NCBI GenBank assembly: GCA_002083485.1
Contig: LWDK01000040.1
Coordinates: forward strand, 3,723-67,722
Reading direction: 5' to 3'
Source: Proteobacteria bacterium SG_bin7
GTDB taxonomy: Bacteria; Bdellovibrionota; Bdellovibrionia; Bdellovibrionales; SG-bin7
DNA: 64,000 nt
Shown: positions 56,894-64,000 of the stretch, in pieces
Numbering within the stretch: position 1 is the stretch's first letter
How the letters are laid out: each line of letters begins with the position of its first letter
Position numbers and translations under genes: made by a program
The notes under the pieces: generated by a model
Database searches by the model: none
The model's input: the letters and a program-made list of their open reading frames with translations, nothing else
Told to the model about the DNA's origin: nothing

Positions 56894-57601
56894 ATGGAAA
56901 CTGCTAATATTCTGTTTCGTCAGCTCTTTGAGAAAGCCTCTTCAACCTACACCTACCTAATCGCAGATAAGAAAACCAAAGAAGCCGTTGTCATCGACTC
57001 TGTCAGGGAAACTGCGGAAAGAGACATCAATTTAATCAGGGAACTTGGATTAAAACTCGTTTATATACTTGAAACGCACATCCATGCCGACCACGTAACT
57101 GGAGCACATTTGTTAAAAAAAGCCACTGAGGCAAAAACCATGGTGAGCAAAAGTGCAAAAATTAGTTGTAGTGATGGAGAATTTAGTGACGGCGATTCGA
57201 TTAAATTTGGAAGCTTAACCCTAAAATGTATTTCCACTCCAGGACACACCGATACTTGCACGAGCTTTTATATGGAGGGATTTGTGTTTACTGGGGATGC
57301 TTTGATGATTCGGGCTTGCGGTAGAACTGATTTTCAGCAAGGCTCACCGGAAGTTCTTTATGACAGCGTGAAGAATAAACTTTATAAGCTTCCCGACACC
57401 ACACTTGTTTACCCCGCTCACAACTATAATGGACTCGAAGTATCGACTATTGGCGAAGAAAAGAAATGGAATCCTCGCCTGGGAGACAGTATTTCAAAGG
57501 AAAATTTCATCGAGATAATGAAAAATTTAAAATTATCTTATCCTGCACAAATTGATGTTGCCCTTCCGGCAAATATGAAATGTGGTAATCTCGAGACATA
57601 G
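56894..57601 (+). CDS. MBL-fold hydrolase, ETHE1-like persulfide dioxygenase
   Basis: Contains ETHIHADHVTG, TPGHTDTC, FTGDALMIRACGRTDFQQGS and VYPAHNY. Confidence 0.75.
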   Translation: METANILFRQLFEKASSTYTYLIADKKTKEAVVIDSVRETAERDINLIRELGLKLVYILETHIHADHVTGAHLLKKATEAKTMVSKSAKISCSDGEFSDGDSIKFGSLTLKCISTPGHTDTCTSFYMEGFVFTGDALMIRACGRTDFQQGSPEVLYDSVKNKLYKLPDTTLVYPAHNYNGLEVSTIGEEKKWNPRLGDSISKENFIEIMKNLKLSYPAQIDVALPANMKCGNLET

Positions 57602-57621
57602 ACAGGGTCGCAGGACATGTC

Positions 57622-57647
57622 TGGGTTTATGGAAAACCCAAATTTTT
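57622..57647. terminator. Bidirectional terminator between convergent genes
   Basis: TGGGTTT (57622-57628) pairs with AAACCCA (57634-57640) around a 5-nt loop. T5 follows on the + strand. A-rich 5' flank is absent, so it is stronger for the + strand. Confidence 0.5.
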
Positions 57648-58197
57648 AATCTAATTCCTTTTCCGGCTCATGGTGATAGCGTACGTACTCTTCGGTAAAA
57701 GCAAGTTTGCTCCGATCAGTTACTTTATCCACGAAAAGCGTTCCATCGAGGTGATCAAATTCATGCTGAAACACGGTTGCCAAAAATCCATCGGCTTCAA
57801 TCGAAACCTCTTTGCCTTTACGATCTAAAAACTCAACTTTAATTGCTTGTGGTCTCTCAACCCAGCCACGAATTCCAGGTACCGAAAGGCAGCCCTCCCA
57901 AAATCCTTTGGTTTTTTTATCGAGCACAGTGATTTTGGGATTTATCGCCACGATCAACGATTGCTTCTCCATTTCTTTATAACGCTCACTTTCCAAATCA
58001 AATTCAATCACAGAAATCCTCAAAGACTCGTGAACCTGAGGCGCCGCCAATCCCACGCCATCATATTCGTGCATGGTTTCAACCATGTCGTTGATCAGCC
58101 TCTGAATAGCATCCGACTTGATTTCAGACTTTTTTACTTCTTTGGCTCTTTTACGCAAAATAGGATGCCCCATGCGCGCGACTTTTAGAATGGCCAT
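57646..58197 (-). CDS. def: Peptide deformylase
   Basis: 183 aa. Contains GVGLAAPQV, EGCLSVPG and HEFDHLDG. Confidence 0.9.
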   Translation of the reverse strand: MAILKVARMGHPILRKRAKEVKKSEIKSDAIQRLINDMVETMHEYDGVGLAAPQVHESLRISVIEFDLESERYKEMEKQSLIVAINPKITVLDKKTKGFWEGCLSVPGIRGWVERPQAIKVEFLDRKGKEVSIEADGFLATVFQHEFDHLDGTLFVDKVTDRSKLAFTEEYVRYHHEPEKELD

Positions 58198-58206
58198 AAT
58201 TTTTAC

Positions 58207-59787
58207 CTAAAACACTTCTGCTCGTGAATTTTCCCAAGCATGTTGGTAACTGCCTGGTACTTTACCGTCAAGCAATGACCCCGGAGCTAAATAATCATAA
58301 GCCTCACCGTAATGACGAACGGTTGAAAAACTCTCGCGCCGGTGGATATGCCAGGGGCGCAATTCACTTGGATGGGACAATCCCGCTGCTGCCAATACTT
58401 CTAGAAAGCTTTCGATGGTACTCTTATGGTAATTGTAAACTCTGGTGGCTTTGTGAGTAGGATCTAATCCTCCCATAAGGCCCTTATCTTGTGTCGCGAC
58501 TCCAGCAGGACAATGGTTAGAATTACACCTGAGAGCTTGAATACAGCCCAGAGCAAACATCATTCCACGGGCGGAGTTACAAAGATCTGCCCCCAGCGCA
58601 ATTTTCGAAAGAATATTAAATCCGGTTATGACTTTTCCCGAAACAATAATTTTAACTTTGTCACGAATGCCAGTGCCGACAAGGGCGTTATGAACAAATA
58701 TTAATCCATCATTTAATGGTGTGCCAACAGAGTTCGAAAACTCAAGAGGAGCAGCACCCGTGCCACCCTCACCGCCATCAACGGTAACAAAATCTGGATA
58801 AATTTTAGTTTTATTCATCGCCTTAATAACGGAAAATAATTCTCGTCTCTTGCCTACACAAAACTTAAAGCCCACTGGTTTTCCGCCAGACAGTTCCCTT
58901 AATTTCTGCAGAAACTCCATCATCTCAATCGGTGTTTTAAAAGCCGTGTGATAAGGGGGCGAAAAAACCGTTTTGCCAACTTCGACCCCGCGAATCGCAG
59001 CAATTTCTTTTGATACTTTTGCGGCTGGCAAAATGCCTCCATGACCAGGTTTCGCCCCTTGTGACATTTTGAGTTCAATCATCTTTACGTTTTCAAGGGT
59101 TGCTTTCTCTTTAAACATTTCAGGATTAAATTTTCCATCTTTAGTTCGGCAGCTAAAATACCCAGTCCCAATTTGCCAAACCAAATCTCCACCCTCCTGT
59201 AAATGGTATGGTGATAGGCCACCTTCACCAGTGTTGTGATAGAAGTTTCCGAGCTTCGCGCCGCGGTTTAGCGCCATAACCGCATTTTTTGAAAGTGCCC
59301 CGTAACTCATTGCTGAGACATTAAATAAAGATGCTGAATAGGGCTTTGCACACTGCTCATTACCTATTTTTACTTTTGGTTCTTCATGAAGGGTTGGCTT
59401 TGGGACCATCGAATGATTAATCCATTCATACCCTGGTGAATACATATCAAGTTGGCTGCCAAATGGTAGAGTGTCCAAATCACGTTTAGCTCTCTGGTAA
59501 ATTACACTTCGCTGGGCACGGCTAAATGGTTTTCCCTCTTCGTAACTCTCGATAAAGTACTGTTGAATTTCAGGGCGAATCATTTCAAGGAGATAACGAA
59601 AGTGTCCCATCACAGGAAAATTCTTTAAAATACTGTGCTTTGTCTGCAGACAGTCCTTAACGCCCACGATGAAAATAGGAATAAGAAAAATGTAGGTGTA
59701 AAAAATCGGTGGCCAAAAAAATCCAATAAGGGCAACGGTTCCTAAAATCCCAAGGGAAGTGAGCCAAAATATTTTGCGCATATACAA
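58207..59787 (-). CDS. FMN-binding glutamate synthase family protein (GltB domain 2-like) with N-terminal TM segments
   Basis: 526 aa. Contains ..SAMSYGALS.., ..KMSQGAKPGHGG.. and ..DGGEGGTGAAP... Confidence 0.8.
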   Translation of the reverse strand: MYMRKIFWLTSLGILGTVALIGFFWPPIFYTYIFLIPIFIVGVKDCLQTKHSILKNFPVMGHFRYLLEMIRPEIQQYFIESYEEGKPFSRAQRSVIYQRAKRDLDTLPFGSQLDMYSPGYEWINHSMVPKPTLHEEPKVKIGNEQCAKPYSASLFNVSAMSYGALSKNAVMALNRGAKLGNFYHNTGEGGLSPYHLQEGGDLVWQIGTGYFSCRTKDGKFNPEMFKEKATLENVKMIELKMSQGAKPGHGGILPAAKVSKEIAAIRGVEVGKTVFSPPYHTAFKTPIEMMEFLQKLRELSGGKPVGFKFCVGKRRELFSVIKAMNKTKIYPDFVTVDGGEGGTGAAPLEFSNSVGTPLNDGLIFVHNALVGTGIRDKVKIIVSGKVITGFNILSKIALGADLCNSARGMMFALGCIQALRCNSNHCPAGVATQDKGLMGGLDPTHKATRVYNYHKSTIESFLEVLAAAGLSHPSELRPWHIHRRESFSTVRHYGEAYDYLAPGSLLDGKVPGSYQHAWENSRAEVF

Positions 59788-59827
59788 CTAGATTAATTGA
59801 GGAGCTTCGCAACGAGTAGTCTAGGAA

Positions 59828-60433
59828 TTAAGTAACGGAATTTGTTTTAAACCCCGAACAAATAAAGAAAATTTCCTTACTTTCTTGCCTCGTGCCCTTA
59901 GGTTTAAGGGCGCCAACCGACGTAAAACTAGCACGGAGCATTTTACGATAGTTCTCGAAATCACCACTATGGAAGAATTTAACGACGAAGGTGCCGCCGA
60001 CTTTCAAAGTCTTCTGGGCTACATAAAGAGCCATTTCACAGAGAGCCATTGAACGTGCTTGGTCCGCCGACTTAATGCCAGTTGTTCTGGGCGCCATATC
60101 AGAAATCACGACATCGACCTTTGGTCCAAGACCATGGATGGCAAGCAACTTTTCCATATCCGTGTCTTCAATATCCCCGGCAACAAAAGTCGCATTTGGT
60201 AAATTTAGGGCGACCGGAGTTAGGTCAATCCCAAGAATTTTTCCTTCGCTTCCTACCTTCTTAGAAACATATTGCGACCAGCTTCCCGGTGACGCTCCTA
60301 AATCGATAATTGTCTGTCCGCCCCTAAAAATGCGATGACGCTGATCGATTTCTTCAAGCTTATAAACAGACCGTGCGACAAAATTTTCTTTTTTCGCTTT
60401 TTTGAAATAATAGTCTTTATGATTAAATGCCAA
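59828..60433 (-). CDS. rlmE: 23S rRNA 2'-O-ribose methyltransferase RlmE (FtsJ)
   Basis: 201 aa. Contains SVYKLEEID, DLGASPGSWSQ, VISDMAP and VVKFF. Confidence 0.85.
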   Translation of the reverse strand: MAFNHKDYYFKKAKKENFVARSVYKLEEIDQRHRIFRGGQTIIDLGASPGSWSQYVSKKVGSEGKILGIDLTPVALNLPNATFVAGDIEDTDMEKLLAIHGLGPKVDVVISDMAPRTTGIKSADQARSMALCEMALYVAQKTLKVGGTFVVKFFHSGDFENYRKMLRASFTSVGALKPKGTRQESKEIFFICSGFKTNSVT

Positions 60434-60440
60434 CTTCTAC

Positions 60441-61238
60441 CTAAAGTTCTTTGTTAATTTTCTCTCTCAGGCTGGCGGCACTTTTTTGAATCGCAGCTTT
60501 GTACATGGCCTCGATTTCGTCATTGAATACGAGCTGCTTGCCAAGACCCGGGCTGCTTGTATCAGAAAAGTACCTCTCGCCAGAACCGTTTTTAACTTCT
60601 GGTGTAGATACTACAATAGCGCCAGTTTTAGCAATGACTTTTAAAGATGAGGCGACGGAAGCGAACGCACCCATATTAATTGAATGGTCAGGTGCATACG
60701 CTAAGTCCATATCCACGAATACAACGGCATCAAGCCCCAGTTGGCTCGCTATTTTTTGAATTTCCTTCATAGTATCTTTTTTTAGTACTTTGTTCTGATC
60801 ACCGATAGGGGTCATACCTTGAGGCGAATACCAATTGCTAATTAACTCGGAAGCCACTGATCGTCCGGGTATATTCTGAATAGTTTTCGAAAATTCTTTG
60901 TATGCCGGTGAGCCCACAACCTTTATTGCCGGTACAACTTGCCATCCCCGAATTTTTCCTAATTCTTCTTCGAATGTGTTTAACCCAAAGTCGACTAAAC
61001 GAAATCCGCCCGTGGCTGGAATTTGCGGAAGCATCAACGGTTCTACGGCCCCTTTTCCCAAAAAAACCGGAAAAGAGAAGAAAGTGAAACCCCTATCAAT
61101 TTCTCCTGTACTATAGATCCCTTGATTAGTTTGGATTCCCACGATCGCAAGTTTCTTGATATTAAAAACATCAGGCTTCTTAACGATTCCTGAGCACGCA
61201 TTTGTTAAGAGAAGTAAGCCAAAAAATAGTTTTCGCAT
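60441..61238 (-). CDS. Lipoprotein, unknown function
   Basis: 265 aa with lipobox LLLTNACSG. Confidence 0.5.
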   Translation of the reverse strand: MRKLFFGLLLLTNACSGIVKKPDVFNIKKLAIVGIQTNQGIYSTGEIDRGFTFFSFPVFLGKGAVEPLMLPQIPATGGFRLVDFGLNTFEEELGKIRGWQVVPAIKVVGSPAYKEFSKTIQNIPGRSVASELISNWYSPQGMTPIGDQNKVLKKDTMKEIQKIASQLGLDAVVFVDMDLAYAPDHSINMGAFASVASSLKVIAKTGAIVVSTPEVKNGSGERYFSDTSSPGLGKQLVFNDEIEAMYKAAIQKSAASLREKINKEL

Positions 61239-61400
61239 AAAGTTTATTATCTCGCGATCAAAGGAATCTTTTAACTCGTTGGCGTAAAATCCCTACCGTG
61301 GTCAGAAGAAAACTCGACCTAGATCTCGCCCAAGACATATTTGAAACGCCTGGTTGAATTTAAATGTTATTTTCGAGATAATTTTTGTGGTGGGGGATAC

Positions 61401-61874
61401 ATGGCTCAAACTGATGACAAAAATCAAAAAAACCGTCGCAGTGTGAAAAATATATTAGTCGACTCACGATTTCAGCTAACCTATGTCCTCTATTTTATTT
61501 CCTTCGGATTAATTAGCGCCACTCTTGTGGTAGCAATAATTTCTCATTTTCAGAAGAAATTTTTTGAACTCGTTATTAATTCTGATAAGGATATTTCGCC
61601 GAATTTATTCCTTGGCTTCGGATCGATTATGCAAGAAATGGCAACTGCTCTGGCGATCTTTGTGGTTCTTTATTCTATTTTGGGAGTTGTTTTAGCGACA
61701 TTTCTTAGTCACAAAATCGTCGGACCGGCAGCCGCAATTCGTAAATTCATTGAAGACCTGAAGGCCGGACGTTTCGGCGGGCAAATGAATTTGCGGCAAG
61801 GTGACGAGTGGCGCGATCTTGAAAAGGATCTCAATGAGCTCAGTTTGATTCTAAAAGAAAAAATCGGGAAGTAA
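61401..61874 (+). CDS. Small membrane protein with HAMP-like segment
   Basis: Start set to ATG 61401 (MAQTDDKN). Two TM helices are followed by ..IVGPAAAIRKFIEDLKAG..LRQGDEWRDLEKDLNEL... Confidence 0.5.
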   Translation: MAQTDDKNQKNRRSVKNILVDSRFQLTYVLYFISFGLISATLVVAIISHFQKKFFELVINSDKDISPNLFLGFGSIMQEMATALAIFVVLYSILGVVLATFLSHKIVGPAAAIRKFIEDLKAGRFGGQMNLRQGDEWRDLEKDLNELSLILKEKIGK

Positions 61875-61907
61875 TCCCACAATCAAAAAAATTCAACGAG
61901 GAGACTT

Positions 61908-62543
61908 ATGAAGAAAGTAGCTTTAATTTCATCACTTTTATTACTCACAAATTGCGCATCGGACCAAAAAAATACCGCTATGGGAACTGGAATCGGTGCG
62001 GCAGCCGGAGCTGTGGTCGGCGCCGTCATTGGCCATCAAACAGGTAACCGTGACAAAGGAGCTCTTATCGGTGCTGCCCTTGGAGGCGGACTTGGTGCTT
62101 ATGTGGGTAACCGTATGGACAAACAAGCCAAAGAACTTGAAAAAATTGCTGAAACTAAAAGAACAGAACAAGGATTAGTGACCAAACTAAAAAGTGATAT
62201 TCTCTTTGACAGCGGGAAATTCCAGCTCAAAGACCAAGCCCAAAACAACTTAACAAAAATGGCAAACATCATGAAAAAATATCCAGAGAATGTCCTAACA
62301 ATTCGAGGATACACTGATAATGTAGGCTCTAGTCAGGTTAATGAAGAGCTTTCTAAGGGAAGAGCCGACGCAGTAAAGAGTCAGTTGGTAGGGGCTGGGC
62401 TTCCATCAGACTCTATATCGACAGTTGGGATGGGGCCGGCAAACCCAGTTGGCGACAACATGACTAAAGATGGTCGCAAACTTAATCGTCGTGTAGAAAT
62501 TGAAATTACAGTTGACCAATCGAAGGTTCCAAAAGAAAAATAG
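61908..62543 (+). CDS. OmpA-family lipoprotein with glycine-zipper region
   Basis: 211 aa with lipobox LLLTNCAS. Gly-zipper GTGIGAAAGAVVGAVIG. OmpA_C motifs ..ILFDSGKFQL.., ..GYTDNVGS...N..LS..RA..V and NRRVEI. Confidence 0.85.
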   Translation: MKKVALISSLLLLTNCASDQKNTAMGTGIGAAAGAVVGAVIGHQTGNRDKGALIGAALGGGLGAYVGNRMDKQAKELEKIAETKRTEQGLVTKLKSDILFDSGKFQLKDQAQNNLTKMANIMKKYPENVLTIRGYTDNVGSSQVNEELSKGRADAVKSQLVGAGLPSDSISTVGMGPANPVGDNMTKDGRKLNRRVEIEITVDQSKVPKEK

Positions 62544-62603
62544 ATTTAGAACCTATTGACATTTAGGTAAAAGAATTTAATTTCCTTCGGACACGAGGAT
62601 TAA

Positions 62604-63950
62604 ATGACCGCAGTCACTGATGCCGAAGAGCTGACAACCGTTGGATCTGAAGTACCCGTGTCCTTATTGGAGCGCTGGCCGAGTCTTTCTCATGAAGAAA
62701 GAATTACAGAATTCAAAGCTCTGCTAAGAACGGACGCCGAGGATCTATTTTTAAATCTCCATGCTCAGGAACAAAATGAGATTTATTCGGAACTCACCCC
62801 CGCCGAGCGACGCTCCTGGATTCGCCTACTAGCTCCCGATGACGTTGCCGACCTAATTCAACTTTTCGCGGCTGAAAATCGCCCCGCAGCTTTGGCACTT
62901 CTTGACGACTTCACACGCACTGAGGTCGTTGCTCTGCTCGCCTACTCAGAAGATGAAGCGGGCGGTTTAATGAGCTCACGATTCATTCGGTTACGTCCAG
63001 AGATGGCCGCGGACGAGGCCATTCACTACTTAAGAGCTCAAATGAAAGCGCCCAGTATAGAAGTCGTTTATTACGCCTATGTCCTGGACACGAGTCAAAA
63101 GCTTCTCGGTGTGGTTTCCTTTCGCCAGCTCATGCTTTCTCCACCGGCAAAAGCCGTTCGCGACATCATGACAACAGAAGTAATTTCAATCCCTGAGGAC
63201 ATGGATCAAGAGGAAGTTTCCAAAAAATTTGCCCAACATGATCTCATGGCTATTCCTGTTGTCGATGCTGAAAATAAAATGAAGGGTATCATTACCTTTG
63301 ATGACGTCGTTGATGTTGTTAAGGAAGAAGCTACCGAAGATATTCAAAAACTTGGTGCCGTCCAAGTGATGGATATGCCGTATCTACGCACCCCATTTTT
63401 ACAGCTGATTCAAAAACGCGCCGGCTGGCTTATTGTATTATTTATTGGAGAAATGTTTACCGCCACAGCTATTGGACATTATGAGAGTGAAATTGCTAAA
63501 GCCGTCGTTTTAGCGCTATTCATTCCGCTAATCATCAGTAGTGGAGGGAATTCAGGCTCACAGGCATCGACACTCATCATTAGGTCATTGGCGCTCGGCG
63601 AGTTAAGAATTGAGGATTGGTGGAAAGTTTTAAAAAGAGAAATTCTTTCTGGTCTTGTGCTTGGTTTAATTCTCGGCCTAATTTGTGCGGCTAGAATATA
63701 CCTTTGGCCAAACCGCGATCAATTATATGGAGAACATTACGTTTTACTAGGCATCGCAGTGAGTATCAGTGTCCTTTTTGTAGTCCTTTGGGGAGCCACC
63801 GTAGGCTCAATGCTACCACTGGCTTTGCGAAAATTGGACTTTGACCCTGCTACGGCCTCGGCACCTTTGGTCGCTACTCTTGTTGATGTGACCGGTCTTA
63901 TTATTTATTTTACAATTGCCCGGGTTGTTCTCAACGGATCTTTATTTTAG
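62604..63950 (+). CDS. mgtE: Magnesium transporter MgtE
   Basis: 448 aa with an MgtE N-domain and tandem CBS (..MTTEVISIPEDMDQEEV..AIPVVD..). The TM domain has ..GGNSGSQASTLIIR.. and ..PLVATLVDVTGL... Confidence 0.9.
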   Translation: MTAVTDAEELTTVGSEVPVSLLERWPSLSHEERITEFKALLRTDAEDLFLNLHAQEQNEIYSELTPAERRSWIRLLAPDDVADLIQLFAAENRPAALALLDDFTRTEVVALLAYSEDEAGGLMSSRFIRLRPEMAADEAIHYLRAQMKAPSIEVVYYAYVLDTSQKLLGVVSFRQLMLSPPAKAVRDIMTTEVISIPEDMDQEEVSKKFAQHDLMAIPVVDAENKMKGIITFDDVVDVVKEEATEDIQKLGAVQVMDMPYLRTPFLQLIQKRAGWLIVLFIGEMFTATAIGHYESEIAKAVVLALFIPLIISSGGNSGSQASTLIIRSLALGELRIEDWWKVLKREILSGLVLGLILGLICAARIYLWPNRDQLYGEHYVLLGIAVSISVLFVVLWGATVGSMLPLALRKLDFDPATASAPLVATLVDVTGLIIYFTIARVVLNGSLF

Positions 63951-64000
63951 AAATTATATCCAACGTCTATATTGAATATTGAAAGAAAGGCACTAAATTC

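Noticed and set aside
62544-62603. A possible Mg-sensing (M-box) leader upstream of mgtE.
   Set aside because: The intergenic region is only 60 nt, far shorter than an M-box aptamer. Only a weak TTGACA-type promoter-like hexamer is visible.
1-64000. I looked for CRISPR arrays, tRNA or rRNA genes, IS elements or transposases, integrases, phage genes, and recognisable defence systems (RM, TA, CBASS, retron and similar).
   Set aside because: No spaced direct-repeat arrays, no tRNA-like T-arm strings, and no transposase, integrase or reverse-transcriptase-like ORFs were seen. The only nuclease-type candidates are the HNH relic and the isolated DUF2779 gene.

Overview
This is a gene-dense, moderately AT-rich chromosomal segment with about 70 protein-coding genes and many short gene overlaps. 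The protein repertoire suggests a Bdellovibrio-like predatory bacterium, but that is inference only. Supporting traits are many Hpt, receiver and histidine-kinase modules, an RRM protein with a Gly/Arg tail, and numerous secreted or lipoprotein hydrolase-like proteins. Recognisable housekeeping content includes livKHMGF, a membrane pyrophosphatase (hppA), def, rlmE, mgtE, a lysA-like decarboxylase, a deoC-aldehyde dehydrogenase operon, hppD, periplasmic msrBA and arfB. By eye I found no rRNA, tRNA, CRISPR array, transposase or integrase. The most unusual feature is a ~0.9 kb interval (19173-20076) between arfB and a ceramidase-like gene. It has no ORF over 77 aa and is packed with local helices whose G-U pairs work only on the + strand, so I treat it as a candidate large structured ncRNA of a family I cannot name. 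Other observations: (1) a 32-nt motif, 27/32 identical, sits directly after the stop codons of two unrelated genes, with partial copies at other gene ends. (2) A phosphorelay cluster has three Hpt modules and two pseudo-receivers. (3) There is a decayed HNH endonuclease relic. (4) A J-domain protein and a prokaryotic-type PLA2 both carry signal peptides. (5) Two leader hairpins could sequester Shine-Dalgarno sequences. (6) An aldehyde-dehydrogenase paralog lacks the catalytic domain. All calls rest on reading the sequence and ORF track and on remembered family signatures. No searches or folding calculations were run.
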